Shown: positions 29,746 through 40,585, numbered from the stretch's first letter. The stretch: 64,000 nt of DNA from an uncultured Alphaproteobacteria bacterium (GCA_947053455.1 CAMRSV010000001.1:1-64000); one strand, 5' to 3'. Notes: generated by a model from the sequence alone, not told the origin. A program made the numbers and translations.

Positions 29746-29989
29746 TAAAAAAATCCCGTCTTGTGGCGGGATTTTTTTTACTTCAAAACCGATATTGGGA
29801 AACTACATGCCCCATAACAAAAAAACGAATCGCATTAGTGAAAAACACCAACCACATCAGCGCCAGAATATAATTGCCTATAACCAATTCATAAAACAAT
29901 AAATCGCCCCAAAAGGCGATTTTTCATTACGAAACATAGAATAAATGCACCCGCCGGAATTTTCCGGCGGGTTTTGTCCTGGGGCACCA

Positions 29990-30595
29990 TTAGAACATAA
30001 ATCTTACGCCGATGTCACCACCGATATCATGCATTCCGGAATTGATATCGACATAGTTGTAACGGGCGGCAACGTCAACCGCGAACTGTTCCCAGTCAAA
30101 CGTCACACCCAATGTTCCCATCGCAGAGAAACGAGTCTTGCTTTCACTGTGGTTAACAATGTCTGCACCTTTGCGTTTTACGTCTGTAAAGGCCACACCG
30201 GCACCGACACCAAAGAACGGACGAACAACCTGGTATTCACCGAATTCCCAGTATGTGTTCCACAACAATGTCTGCATTTTTGTTTCAATATCGATTCTGT
30301 TAGCAGTGTTAAAGTCTGCATGATCTTTGGCCTTGCTATAAATAGACCATTCAATTTCAGAACGGACTGTATCGCAAACTTCCAAACCTAATGCCGCACG
30401 ACCCTGGAATACAAAATCGGTCATTGTGTCTTTTTTGCCGTTGTATTTGTAGTTCAGGTTTTCATACGTCATACCACCACGGATGCCGATATACGGATCC
30501 AGGCCGAACAACTGCCAGCTGCTTGTCTGATTAGAAGCAGCGAACGCCGGGCATGCCATCAGGACTGCCAGTGTCGATATTACTATTTTTTTCAT
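29990..30595 (-). CDS. Outer-membrane beta-barrel protein (opacity/OmpW-like)
   Basis: Signal peptide; VRSEIEW, N.YW.F...RPFFGVGAGVAF, ends GVRFMF. Confidence 0.88.
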   Translation of the reverse strand: MKKIVISTLAVLMACPAFAASNQTSSWQLFGLDPYIGIRGGMTYENLNYKYNGKKDTMTDFVFQGRAALGLEVCDTVRSEIEWSIYSKAKDHADFNTANRIDIETKMQTLLWNTYWEFGEYQVVRPFFGVGAGVAFTDVKRKGADIVNHSESKTRFSAMGTLGVTFDWEQFAVDVAARYNYVDINSGMHDIGGDIGVRFMF

Positions 30596-30763
30596 TTTCT
30601 CTCCTTTTTGGTTTTTGTTTCCTTATCGGATTTCTATGTCACCGATTTCATTCTAGCAAAGCATTTTCAATCTTTGCATAGGTATGGATTCCTGCGGATT
30701 TTCGGGGGTTTGCGGCTTTGTTCCCTATAGTTAATAACGCAAAAAAACTATAAAATAAAATTA

Positions 30764-31681
30764 ATGTATAAAAGGATGAAACACATGCAAAACAATAGGC
30801 AAAAAGCCAAAAACGTAACAAAAAAATATTATAGCAAGCCATATCCTAAACAACACCAACCTTATCCTGGATTGGATAAAAAAATGACACCGAAACCCGA
30901 CTGTGGCGAAACATCATATGTCGGCCACAACCTGTTGTTAAATCGCCGTGCATTAATTACCGGGGGCGATTCGGGTATTGGTCGTGCCGCGGCAATCGCA
31001 TTCGCCCGCGAAGGTGCCGATGTCGCAATATCATACCTGCCCGTCGAAGAGCCTGACGCACAAGAGGTAAAAAAATATATTGAACAAGCCGGACGACGCG
31101 CAATTCTTATTCCAGGTGATTTGGCCGATGAAAAGTTTTGTAAAAAACTTGTGCGCGAAGCAGCCAAAAAATTAGGTGGACTAGATATTATGGTGCTCAA
31201 TGCTGGCTACCAACAATATTCAATAGACATAGAAAAACTGGACACCGCACAATTGGAACGCACATTTGCAATAAATGTGTTCTCTATGTTCTGGATGTCA
31301 CAGGCGGCTGTGCCCCTAATGAAACCGGGCGCATCAATAATAACCACGTCATCCATCCAGGCATATAAACCCAGCGAAGATTTAATTGACTACGCCACAA
31401 CAAAAGCCGCAATAGTGGCGTTTACGCGCGCGCTTGCGAAACAGGTCGCAAAACGCGGCATACGCGTCAATTCGGTGGCGCCCGGCCCGATTTGGACCGC
31501 ATTGCAAGTATGCGGGGGACGCAAAACCAGCAGTATTCCCACATTTGGCAAAGATACGCCGATGGGGCGCGCGGGTCAACCTGCCGAACTTGCCGGCGTA
31601 TACGTACTGCTTGCATCCGATGCATCATCATATACCACCGCAGAGGTTTATGGGGTCACCGGCGGCAACCATACAATGTAG
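30764..31681 (+). CDS. Short-chain dehydrogenase/reductase (YghA-like)
   Basis: [50 protein letters not shown]. Confidence 0.93.
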   Translation: MYKRMKHMQNNRQKAKNVTKKYYSKPYPKQHQPYPGLDKKMTPKPDCGETSYVGHNLLLNRRALITGGDSGIGRAAAIAFAREGADVAISYLPVEEPDAQEVKKYIEQAGRRAILIPGDLADEKFCKKLVREAAKKLGGLDIMVLNAGYQQYSIDIEKLDTAQLERTFAINVFSMFWMSQAAVPLMKPGASIITTSSIQAYKPSEDLIDYATTKAAIVAFTRALAKQVAKRGIRVNSVAPGPIWTALQVCGGRKTSSIPTFGKDTPMGRAGQPAELAGVYVLLASDASSYTTAEVYGVTGGNHTM

Positions 31682-31753
31682 GTGACGCAATAAATGCTTG
31701 CAAATAGCGAAAAAAGAGATATAATCCTGGAGTCTAAAAATTAAACGGACCCC

Positions 31754-31829
31754 GGGTGCGTAGCTCAGTTGGTAGAGCAACTGACTCTTAATCAGTGGGT
31801 CCAGGGTTCGAGTCCCTGCGCGCCCACCA
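31754..31829 (+). tRNA. tRNA-Lys (CTT)
   Basis: GGGTGCGTAGCTCAGTTGGTAGAGC-ACTGA-CT-CTT-AA-TCAGT...GGTTCGAGTCC...CGCCCACCA; TTGCAA-16-TATAAT upstream; hairpin terminator ~31830-31868. Confidence 0.97.
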
Positions 31830-31868
31830 AAAATAAATGTCGCCTTTGTGGCGGCAATTTATTTTTTT

Positions 31869-32003
31869 ATATGCGGCAGATGATTTGATAAAATATTCAT
31901 CACTGTTGTATTGCGTTTTCTTATCTATAAAATCAGTCGTGCGCAACAATCGCATAACCTGCGGAATGTCTTTTTCTTTTGCGGGACGAATTGTAAATTC
32001 CAT
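31869..32003 (-). pseudogene. Probable N-terminal fragment of a GNAT acetyltransferase
   Basis: MEFTIRPAKEKDIPQVMRLL is a typical GNAT start; after ~45 codons the frame runs into the tRNA terminator and antisense tRNA. Confidence 0.5.
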
Positions 32004-32020
32004 TATAAATAATTTTAAAT

Positions 32021-32065
32021 AAAAAACGCGCTATGTGCATGATTTACTGCATATAGCGTGTTTTT
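32021..32065. terminator. Intrinsic terminator of the LysM/M23 gene; left arm is the 23-nt repeat copy 2
   Basis: AAAAACGCGCTATGTGCA...TGCATATAGCGTGTTTTT. Confidence 0.75.
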
Positions 32066-32073
32066 ATATTGTT

Positions 32074-33462
32074 CTATTTTTTCAAATACGATGACGGATT
32101 ATATGCCTTTGTACCCTTTCGTATTTCGAAATGTAATTGTGGTTTATCAACCTTTCCGGTGGCACCGACCGTTCCTATTTTTTGCCCGACTGAAACTTTT
32201 GTTCCGCGTTTCACCGACAATGAATCCATATGTGCGTACACCGTCATCCATCCGTCTGCATGTTGCACTATTATCAGGTTGCCCATTCCCTTAACCTCGT
32301 TCCCGGCATATGCAACAACACCATTTTCAGCCGCCGCCACAGTTGTTCCACGCGCGGCAGATACATTTATTCCGTCATTAAACAATCCATTCGATTTGGC
32401 GCCAAAGTGTGATAATATCGTCCCACGAACCGGCCATGAAAATTTGGACGAAGAACGCGCCCCGATAGAAGGCAGTTTTTTTACCGGTTCAGACTTAGTC
32501 GTCTTTTTAGAAGTTGATGTAACCGTTGTGCCGGTTGGCGTTTTTTTGATGGACAATGTATCAGATTTTTTGACGTCAACAGATGCCGGCTGCGTCGCCA
32601 TACGTACGGGCGCAGATTTTAAATTCGGCACTTTCAATGTTTGCCCAATAGACAAGGTAAACGGGGCAGATAAATTATTCATAACGGCCAAATCATTTAC
32701 TGGTATCGAATATTTACGTGACATTGAATACAAGGTATCGCCCGCCCCTACTTTTATTTCACTTAATTCCACACGCGTTGTTGTTGCGGCGCCACGTGCC
32801 ACGCTGTGCGTTACAGAACTCGTCTTTTCTGGAACAATGACAACATCGCCCGGCACTTTTATTTTTTGGCCGACGGATAATGCGAACGGCGCCGACAAAC
32901 TATTCATCTTCGCCAATTCATCAACCGACGTGTTGTATTTTTTTGCCAATGAATAAAGGGTATCACCACGCGCGACAGTCACCGTTGTTGCTGCCCGCGG
33001 CAAAGCGCCACCACCATATACAGGCACACGCAATACATCGTCCGTGACGGGTGCGGATGCCCCACCCTGCGCATCAGGAGAATAATAAACGATTTCACCG
33101 CCAACCGTCGCATCTGGCGATGCCGACAGATTAGCCCCAGATACCGCCAAGTTATCTGTTGAACCATACTGGGACGCGGCATCCAACGACGGCGGGACGA
33201 TATAGTCATCTATACTTGCATACATGACATAATCATCACCATTGTCCCGGCCATATAATTCGGGCGATGCATAAACGCCATAGTCGGTCGCGGCGGAATT
33301 ATAAATTTCCGGCTGCGTTTCAGGATCTGCCAACAATGCAGGATAACGGGTCGAGATAAAGTCGCCAACCGAATCGGGCAATGACATTATTTTTGGTTGC
33401 AAATCACATGCGCCCAACACGGCACAAAAGCCCGCGATAAAAAATAACCCGATTTTTTTCAT
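32074..33462 (-). CDS. LysM/M23 (NlpD/DipM-like) lipoprotein
   Basis: Lipobox LGAC, two LysM repeats (GDTLYS), M23 domain FSWPVRG...NDGIN...YAH...QLHFEIRKG with degenerate first Zn motif. Confidence 0.92.
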   Translation of the reverse strand: MKKIGLFFIAGFCAVLGACDLQPKIMSLPDSVGDFISTRYPALLADPETQPEIYNSAATDYGVYASPELYGRDNGDDYVMYASIDDYIVPPSLDAASQYGSTDNLAVSGANLSASPDATVGGEIVYYSPDAQGGASAPVTDDVLRVPVYGGGALPRAATTVTVARGDTLYSLAKKYNTSVDELAKMNSLSAPFALSVGQKIKVPGDVVIVPEKTSSVTHSVARGAATTTRVELSEIKVGAGDTLYSMSRKYSIPVNDLAVMNNLSAPFTLSIGQTLKVPNLKSAPVRMATQPASVDVKKSDTLSIKKTPTGTTVTSTSKKTTKSEPVKKLPSIGARSSSKFSWPVRGTILSHFGAKSNGLFNDGINVSAARGTTVAAAENGVVAYAGNEVKGMGNLIIVQHADGWMTVYAHMDSLSVKRGTKVSVGQKIGTVGATGKVDKPQLHFEIRKGTKAYNPSSYLKK

Positions 33463-33522
33463 AATAAAATTATATCATAAAATTGCACAGAAATAAAACG
33501 CAATACGTTCACACGCAAAAAA

Positions 33523-34233
33523 TCATTCGCGATTGCGCATGAACAGTATGCTGATTTCGAATAATGCCCACAACGGCAACGCCAATAATACCTGTGATAC
33601 TACGTCCGGCGGCGTCAAGACGGCCGCGGCAACAACAATTGCAACAATCGCGTAACGCCGCATTTTAACAACGCGCGCACGCGACAGCAGCCCCACACGG
33701 TTCAACAACACAAGAAACAGCGGCAATTGAAAGGCAACACCAAACATCTTTAACATACCGACCGCCAATCCCAAATAGTCCCGCGCCGCCGGCAACATCA
33801 TAGCATTTACAGGCGACGCATCATTTAATTCTATGAAAAATTTGAATGCAAAGGGGAATAAAACAAAATATGCGAACGCCACGCCAACGCAAAACAAAAT
33901 TGGCGATGCGACAACTATAGGCCATACAATATTGCGTTCATTACGTTTTAAGCCCGGCGACACAAACGCCCACAAATTCCAAAGCACAGCCGGCATCGTC
34001 AAAATAAGCGCAAACATCGACGCCAATGAAAGTCTTATCATCAAACCGTCGGTGATTCCGGTATATAGCATTGTTCCATCAGCCCATACACGCATCAGCG
34101 GACGTGCCAAAATCTGATGCAAAAACGGCGACATATACCACCCAGCGACAAATGATGCCAAAAATATTACAGCGCACCATAAAATACGACGGCGCAATTC
34201 GGACATATGCTGATACAAAGTCATTTTCTTCAT
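33523..34233 (-). CDS. tatC: Twin-arginine translocase TatC
   Basis: H..ELRRR, W.FVSPGL...E, FG.AFQLP, RRYA, AA.LTPPDVVSQ. Confidence 0.96.
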   Translation of the reverse strand: MKKMTLYQHMSELRRRILWCAVIFLASFVAGWYMSPFLHQILARPLMRVWADGTMLYTGITDGLMIRLSLASMFALILTMPAVLWNLWAFVSPGLKRNERNIVWPIVVASPILFCVGVAFAYFVLFPFAFKFFIELNDASPVNAMMLPAARDYLGLAVGMLKMFGVAFQLPLFLVLLNRVGLLSRARVVKMRRYAIVAIVVAAAVLTPPDVVSQVLLALPLWALFEISILFMRNRE

Positions 34234-34547
34234 TTTGCACGCCCTCGTTTTTGGGTTTGCGCAATGGATTTTTTTCGTGATTTTTTAACCACCGCAATGG
34301 GTTGAGAAAAACCATCCAACACCTCATCGGTGGTTGTGCGTATAATTTCATCAATCGGACGCTGCAGGTCAACCTGCTCCTTTAAATGTTCAGAGGCATC
34401 AGTTATCTTCCAAACGGCCGCCCTAATAAAGTTTACCGCGCGCGCCAGAAAACGCGCCACATCGGGCCAATTACGTGCCGGTATAACCACAACGGCCACC
34501 AATATAATTACAAAGAGTTCCGCCCAACTGATTCCGAACATTTTCAC
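34230..34547 (-). CDS. tatB: Twin-arginine translocase TatB-like
   Basis: MFGISWAEL..I..VA.VV.P...P.VAR; coupled to tatC. Confidence 0.85.
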   Translation of the reverse strand: MKMFGISWAELFVIILVAVVVIPARNWPDVARFLARAVNFIRAAVWKITDASEHLKEQVDLQRPIDEIIRTTTDEVLDGFSQPIAVVKKSRKKSIAQTQKRGRAK

Positions 34548-35165
34548 CTAGTCATAGTAATTGTCGCCACCAGATACGGAAACCGTCTTGTGACGTTGAA
34601 TTTGAAAATAATTTTTACCGAAATCCGTCTTTGTTTTCAATCCGCGGAACGCAACATCTGTTTTTGCACCGGTGGCGTCAACCACAGACCACGAATTCAA
34701 TTTTACCGGATTCTTATCAAACACCACCGTCATATGCCCCAGTCCTTCTTGACCGCGCAGATTCATTTTTAATGAAAATGTATTTTTTCCATCCGCAGTT
34801 TCAACAACATTTATATCTGCATTTTTCAGGTCTATGTTTTTACGCACCAATATTCCGGCCGGTGTGCTGGTTATCGGAATTGTCGTTATCTGATCCAATG
34901 ATTTGTCGAAAAAGTACAAATCACGACCATCCGAAATCAACTGCACCGGCATATCCTTGTAATCAAGCCGAACACGCCCTGGCCGCAGCATGGAAAATGT
35001 TCCGCCCTGTTTTGACCCGGCGGACAATTGCACAAAATCGCCGGTCAATCCAGTTATTGAATTAAGATATTTTTCCGCCGCCGCGACAGATGCAGAATCA
35101 ACCGATGCATGCGAGGCGGCACAAAACAAGGCGCATACAAATGATATGATCACCAGTTTTTTCAT
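34548..35165 (-). CDS. lolA: Lipoprotein carrier LolA
   Basis: YLNSIT...DFVQ...G.F...RPGRVRLDY, LISDG, D..LDQ.T..P...TP. Confidence 0.9.
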   Translation of the reverse strand: MKKLVIISFVCALFCAASHASVDSASVAAAEKYLNSITGLTGDFVQLSAGSKQGGTFSMLRPGRVRLDYKDMPVQLISDGRDLYFFDKSLDQITTIPITSTPAGILVRKNIDLKNADINVVETADGKNTFSLKMNLRGQEGLGHMTVVFDKNPVKLNSWSVVDATGAKTDVAFRGLKTKTDFGKNYFQIQRHKTVSVSGGDNYYD

Positions 35166-35168
35166 TTT

Positions 35169-36125
35169 TTATCTCCCTCGAAACAACTCGACTATTTTTG
35201 CCTGAATATTTTCAGGTGTGTCATCACGAACAACCGCGCCGGCCGCAAATTCATGGCCGCCACCGCCAAACGACATGGCAATATCATTTACCGGTTTCAT
35301 CCGACCACGAATGGACAGTCCGATTTGATTTTCCTTTTGATGCTTTATGAGAACAATATACTCTACCCCTTTTATCTGGGACAATATGTTCAAAATCATT
35401 TCACCGCGTCCATCCAGATTACGATAGTCATGCTTTGTCACGTTCGCCACCGCCAGACGCCCATGATAATAAAATTGTGTTTTTGATATAACGTCTGCAT
35501 CCGTCAGAACAGATTTACGTGGCCGATTGTTCATAGAATCTAGCAATGCGCGAATCCGAACGCCCGCATCCACCAAATCACCGACAATCCGCATGGGTGT
35601 CCCATTGCGCGCAAACTTGAAATGACCGGTATCGGTAATTATTGCAACCGTCAAAAGCGACGCCACATCCGTGTCGTATTCCCACCCGGCCGAACGCATA
35701 ATGTTGTAAATAATTTCACCCGCCGCCGATGCATTCTCATCATCCAGGCACAATTGCCCTATTTTTGAATCATTTTTATGGTGGTCTATTTCAACGATAA
35801 AATTTGCCTTTTCCAATATGGGCATGGGACCGCCTATATGATTTACGGTACCGTAATCCACAACAATGGCCAAATCGAATGGTTCGGTCATATCGACGCG
35901 CCCATAATACTTAACATATCCGCGCCGCGGTATATTTTCCAATGTATCAGAAATATTTCCGTCATAAACACAGACGGGACGACATCCGAAATTAATTTCA
36001 ATCAACCGCGCCAGCGCCAAAACAGAACACAACGAATCCCCATCAGGATTTTTATGCCCCATTATGGCGATTGATTTCGCATTTTTGATTTTATCTATAA
36101 AAATATTCAGTTCATTTTCATTCAT
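35169..36125 (-). CDS. nrnA: DHH/DHHA1 phosphoesterase (NrnA-like)
   Basis: H.NPDGD, IDHH, TDTGHF, GGGGH..AAG. Confidence 0.88.
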   Translation of the reverse strand: MNENELNIFIDKIKNAKSIAIMGHKNPDGDSLCSVLALARLIEINFGCRPVCVYDGNISDTLENIPRRGYVKYYGRVDMTEPFDLAIVVDYGTVNHIGGPMPILEKANFIVEIDHHKNDSKIGQLCLDDENASAAGEIIYNIMRSAGWEYDTDVASLLTVAIITDTGHFKFARNGTPMRIVGDLVDAGVRIRALLDSMNNRPRKSVLTDADVISKTQFYYHGRLAVANVTKHDYRNLDGRGEMILNILSQIKGVEYIVLIKHQKENQIGLSIRGRMKPVNDIAMSFGGGGHEFAAGAVVRDDTPENIQAKIVELFRGR

Positions 36126-37885
36126 TGCAAACATATGTCTTCCAAGAAAAATTGCGCAGAGACACGGCCCTTGTATTCATTTTCCTTAAGCCGCCCCAAC
36201 ATTGTTATTTTAGTGTTTGCATTCGCATCGTCCAGCAAAAAATCACCAACCGGTGTCCCGACCAGATTAAACCCTACAAACGCCAATTGTGTGCCCGCAC
36301 TGGTACCAACCATTCCACGCAGATGCGCCCCATTTCCCATTGGGCATGCGCCATGGAAAACGGCTCCGTGCAGAACAAGCATCGGTTCTGGATTACCCTG
36401 ACCGAACGGTTCCAGCGCAGAAAGTTTCGACACAAGCTTCATCGTGGCTCCCCCCGCATCCAGTTCTGCATCAACAACAATCTCCTGCTGGGGCAGTGCG
36501 CCCCCCAATTGGCGCGATACCGAATTTTCCAAGAATTCAGCAAACGCCGCCTCATTGTTAGCCGGCAAAGAAAATCCCGCTGCCGCTGCATGCCCACCGC
36601 CCTCTGAAACGATTCCAAGTGAAAGCGCCTCGTGTATAATCTGCCCCAAATCAACACCGGCAATAGAACGACCGGAACCATTTATAACATCATCCGATTT
36701 GGTCGCAACACATGTAGGCAAATTATATTTGTCCTTTAGCCGGCCGGCAATAATCCCCATTACGCCACCGTGCCAGTTATCGCCACATACAAACAGACTG
36801 CATTTGCCGGCAGCGCACTTTTCTTCTGCCAATTCGGTTGCACGCAGCATTATCGCATTTTGTATATCTATGCGTTCCTGGTTCATTTTGTGCAACTTTT
36901 CCGCCAAATCGCGCGCAATCAACGGATTGTCCGTCAATAATAATTCCAGCGCGGGTGACGCACTATCTATACGTCCCGCCGCATTCAACCGCGGCCCCAG
37001 CACAAACCCTAGCGCATACACCGACGGATGCTTTACCATGGCTACATCCATCAGCACACACAACCCCAAATTGTTTCGCAGCCCCATTACCTTTAGCCCC
37101 GTCGAAACAAATGCACGGTTTAATCCAATAAGCGGCATTGTGTCGCAAACAGTTCCCAACGCCACCAAATCCAGATAATTTAACAGGTTTATTTTTTCAA
37201 TGCGCGACATAATTTGGTCGTCACCGCGCGATTTTAATTCGCGGTTTACCGCAACCAGCGTTAAAAAGGCAACGCCGACACCAGCCAGATACTGCATACC
37301 GGACGCATCATCTGAACGCTTTGGATTTACAACCGCATCCGCCGCAGGCAACGATGCATCCGGTGAATGGTGATCGGTCACGACAACACGCATTCCACGC
37401 ATACGTGCATGCGCGACATCATCAACCCCACTGATGCCACAATCAACAGTTATCATCAGTTTCGCACCGCAATCTGCAATTTCATCAATTGCCGCAATGT
37501 TTAAACCGTATCCCTCGCCCTCGCGCGTGGGCAAATGCCATATTACATCGCACCCCAGCGAACGCAAATACTTCACAAATATTGCAGTTGATGTTATGCC
37601 ATCGACATCATAATCGCCATATACTGCAATTTTATCATGATTTAAGACTGCATCTGCAATTATGCGCGCGGCGCTATCCATATCGCGCAAGATGCACGGA
37701 TCTGGCATATATTCCTTTATACTGGGATTCAAAAATTTTTGAACGTCGCCCGCATCAGATATGCCGCGGCTGGCCAATATTCTTTCTATCAAATCGCCGG
37801 TTGATGAAAAACCACACTCTGAACTGATATCATTTTCCGTAACCCATGCCCGGCCAAGCATGGATTTATCCACTATTTTTTTCAC
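36122..37885 (-). CDS. recJ: ssDNA exonuclease RecJ
   Basis: GDYDVDG, EGYG, TVDCG, TDHH, PRLNAAGR, GS.RS, GGH..AAG, LEPFGQGNPEP. Confidence 0.96.
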   Translation of the reverse strand: MKKIVDKSMLGRAWVTENDISSECGFSSTGDLIERILASRGISDAGDVQKFLNPSIKEYMPDPCILRDMDSAARIIADAVLNHDKIAVYGDYDVDGITSTAIFVKYLRSLGCDVIWHLPTREGEGYGLNIAAIDEIADCGAKLMITVDCGISGVDDVAHARMRGMRVVVTDHHSPDASLPAADAVVNPKRSDDASGMQYLAGVGVAFLTLVAVNRELKSRGDDQIMSRIEKINLLNYLDLVALGTVCDTMPLIGLNRAFVSTGLKVMGLRNNLGLCVLMDVAMVKHPSVYALGFVLGPRLNAAGRIDSASPALELLLTDNPLIARDLAEKLHKMNQERIDIQNAIMLRATELAEEKCAAGKCSLFVCGDNWHGGVMGIIAGRLKDKYNLPTCVATKSDDVINGSGRSIAGVDLGQIIHEALSLGIVSEGGGHAAAAGFSLPANNEAAFAEFLENSVSRQLGGALPQQEIVVDAELDAGGATMKLVSKLSALEPFGQGNPEPMLVLHGAVFHGACPMGNGAHLRGMVGTSAGTQLAFVGFNLVGTPVGDFLLDDANANTKITMLGRLKENEYKGRVSAQFFLEDICLQ

Positions 37886-37926
37886 GCTATACTCTTTTTT
37901 CTTATCAAGAGTATTATAATCAAAAT

Positions 37927-39570
37927 TTATTCAAATAGCAACGGCAGTATGCTATCAAGAATTTTTCCCGTTGTCGGAACCGCATTCCACGCCGCCGTAC
38001 GCCATCCCCACGATTCCTGCGTGGCATGCGGTTCGTCTAAAACGATTAAAATCACATACTGCGGGGCATCGGCGGGAAATATTCCGGCAAAGGCTGTAAC
38101 ATTGCGATTCGAATCAATTTTTCCATTTACCGCCTTTTCCGCGGTTGCGGTTTTTCCACCTATTTTTATTCCGGCAATGCGCGCCCTTCTGCCGCTGGTT
38201 TCTTCGGCAACACGAACCATTATCGGACGCAGTCCCGCCGATATTTCATCAGCTAAAACACGCTGCCCCTGAACCACGCCCACAGAACGCTTTTGCAAAG
38301 TTGGATATATGTATATTCCGCCATTTGTTACCGCATTCACCCCCAACATTAAATGCATCGGGGTAACGGCATACCCTTGGCCGTATGCGACAGTCGCACG
38401 TTCAACCGGCCCCCATTTGCGTTGTGGAATGGTGTTCTCGGTTCGCCCGAACTCTAAATCCAGCGCACTATCCATATGCAGTCTTTCAAAAAACTCCTTT
38501 TGCGCGCCATCCGGCAGTTCCAGTGCAATCTGTGCACTGCCGACATTACATGAATGCACCATAATCTCTTCGACATTAATGCTGGGACGCGGTGGCTTGA
38601 AACTGCGAATATCAGAAATATTTTTTGCAACGCGGCCGAATTTGTCATATATCGGGAACGGTTTGGCGACATAATACTCTTTGTCCTTTGAAATTCCATT
38701 TTCCAGCGCCAACGCTGTATTGAATATTTTAAATATAGAACCCATTTCATACACGCTGCGCATGGGCTTGAACAAACGATTCGCCACTGGGTCTGCCCGC
38801 AAATTTTCTGGATCATAATCCGGTAGTGACACCATCGCAATCATTTCACCCGTGCGCGAATTCATAAGCATGCCCATTGCTGCCTTGGTCTGATATTTAT
38901 CCATGGCAATAGACAACTGTTCATAGAAAACAGATTGAATTCGCGAATCGAGAGACAGACGCAGCGGCGATGTATTTTCACGCAAATATTTGTCGTATGT
39001 TTTTTCCACCCCATCCAGGCCGCGCCCATCGCTACCAACAAAACCAACAACATGCGAAAACAGGCGCCGCTTCGGATATCTGCGTGTTTGGCGTGCCTCA
39101 ACCTCCAGTCCGGGAATTTTTGCAGCACGAATCATATGTCGCACTTCGTCAGATGCCAATTTTTTCACATATGTATAACGATTATTTTTCCTAGCCGCGT
39201 TCACCAATTTCAATGCATCGTTTAAAGAATATTCATACGGCAACGCCCTGTGAATCATTTCGGCCACGGCATCAGAATCACGAACCAGACCCGGCACAAT
39301 TCCGATATGCCCCGATTCGACATTCTTGGCCAAGATGTCGCCATTTCTGTCGACAATGTCCGCGCGTTCGGGAACCCATTGGGCATCGGCGCGCGCCAAA
39401 CGTGACCGTGTAGTGCCATGAAGTCCCAGATATAATGTACGCACTGCAAATATGGCAAACGCAATAACGAACAACAAATATATAAACCGCAACCGGCCAC
39501 GCCCAAACCTGTCGCCGCCGATAACGCCGAAAAAACCATATCTGAATATATCGGTTCCTATTTCAAACAT
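37927..39570 (-). CDS. ftsI: Class B penicillin-binding protein FtsI
   Basis: RADIVDRNG, R.YP, G..G.E, YEMGSIFK, SCN, KTAT (canonical KTGT); follows an ftsL-like gene. Confidence 0.88.
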   Translation of the reverse strand: MFEIGTDIFRYGFFGVIGGDRFGRGRLRFIYLLFVIAFAIFAVRTLYLGLHGTTRSRLARADAQWVPERADIVDRNGDILAKNVESGHIGIVPGLVRDSDAVAEMIHRALPYEYSLNDALKLVNAARKNNRYTYVKKLASDEVRHMIRAAKIPGLEVEARQTRRYPKRRLFSHVVGFVGSDGRGLDGVEKTYDKYLRENTSPLRLSLDSRIQSVFYEQLSIAMDKYQTKAAMGMLMNSRTGEMIAMVSLPDYDPENLRADPVANRLFKPMRSVYEMGSIFKIFNTALALENGISKDKEYYVAKPFPIYDKFGRVAKNISDIRSFKPPRPSINVEEIMVHSCNVGSAQIALELPDGAQKEFFERLHMDSALDLEFGRTENTIPQRKWGPVERATVAYGQGYAVTPMHLMLGVNAVTNGGIYIYPTLQKRSVGVVQGQRVLADEISAGLRPIMVRVAEETSGRRARIAGIKIGGKTATAEKAVNGKIDSNRNVTAFAGIFPADAPQYVILIVLDEPHATQESWGWRTAAWNAVPTTGKILDSILPLLFE

Positions 39571-39869
39571 TATTGCTGTGCGCCCTCGCGGTTTGGCAAA
39601 TCTTCTATTGCGACAGATTTATTGAAACTAATAACCTCTGATTTTGGGGCAATGCTTGTCACCAGATTACGCAAAATTTCCGGACGGACATAGGATGCAA
39701 AATTGGCTTGGGCGACGGCTATCTCCTGCTGGGTGCGGACAATTTGGGTATGAACCCTGTCGCGGGCGCTATTTTGTGTGCGATAACATACCTGCAAACC
39801 AATCGTCAGCAGTATTACAATCCCCAGCCCCCAAACACCAATTTGAAACATTTTCTCTTCTTCACGCAT
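39570..39869 (-). CDS. ftsL: Cell division protein FtsL-like
   Basis: One TM helix plus coiled coil, A.F....RPE.L; coupled to ftsI. Confidence 0.7.
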   Translation of the reverse strand: MREEEKMFQIGVWGLGIVILLTIGLQVCYRTQNSARDRVHTQIVRTQQEIAVAQANFASYVRPEILRNLVTSIAPKSEVISFNKSVAIEDLPNREGAQQ

Positions 39870-39906
39870 ATTATCGGCACCTGATTTTTATCCTGATTGC
39901 AGTTTA

Positions 39907-40269
39907 TCACAAATTCTGTAAAAATCTAACCATTGAATTCAAGCCATTCATGCGCCCCGCCCCAAGGGTTAAGCCCAACCCGGCAAACTCGCCTAATAAA
40001 TCCATATTTTTTATTTCGGACGGGGTACGCCCATCAACCATGGCGGTCAAAATTGCAACAATACCACGCACCAATGCCGAATCGGCTGTGCCGAAAAATT
40101 TATCATCCAAACGGCATATTTCAACATACGATGCACATCCTGAAATAACGTGGCATTGCGCCGCGGCCGGTGGTGGCGGCATATGCGCCCCAAAATCCAT
40201 AACCAATTCAAGTTTTTGAACCGGGTCATCCACCGCAAGAAGTAAGTTTTTCATTTGCTGATATGTCAT
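39907..40269 (-). CDS. sufE: SufE family sulfur acceptor
   Basis: ISGCAS.V, ADSALVRG, R.NGL. Confidence 0.9.
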   Translation of the reverse strand: MTYQQMKNLLLAVDDPVQKLELVMDFGAHMPPPPAAAQCHVISGCASYVEICRLDDKFFGTADSALVRGIVAILTAMVDGRTPSEIKNMDLLGEFAGLGLTLGAGRMNGLNSMVRFLQNL

Positions 40270-40272
40270 GGG

Positions 40273-40584
40273 TCACCATCCCTGCTCTGTCAAATCAAGT
40301 TCCAGTCGCGCACTTTCAGACATTCGCGACAAATCCCACGGCGGATCCCACACCAAATCAACCCGCACCGGCATTTGTGCGACTTCTGATGCGGCATCGC
40401 GAACTTGAGCCAGCAAATCCTCCATCATAGGACATGTCGGACTTGTGAACGTCATTGTAATTATAACTTCATCTTCATTTATGGCAATGTCATAAACCAA
40501 TCCCAAATCCCATATGTTTACGGGTATCTCGGGATCATATACGGTTTTCAGGGCGTTTATAATATCCTCTTTTGTGGGCAGCAT
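40273..40584 (-). CDS. SufT / DUF59 Fe-S assembly factor
   Basis: VYDPEIPVNIWDLGLVY, T.TSPTCP, LVWDPPW...MSE.ARLEL. Confidence 0.92.
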   Translation of the reverse strand: MLPTKEDIINALKTVYDPEIPVNIWDLGLVYDIAINEDEVIITMTFTSPTCPMMEDLLAQVRDAASEVAQMPVRVDLVWDPPWDLSRMSESARLELDLTEQGW

Positions 40585-40585
40585 G

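Noticed and set aside
29778-29900. Hydrophobic ~39-aa minus-strand ORF between hairpins
   Set aside because: TTG start next to a hairpin, no RBS and no homology cue
32069-32956. Long antisense ORFs (also 25020-25853, 22706-23383, 36444-37178, 51633-52439, 7877-8494)
   Set aside because: They are shadows of well-supported genes on the opposite strand and have no motifs of their own
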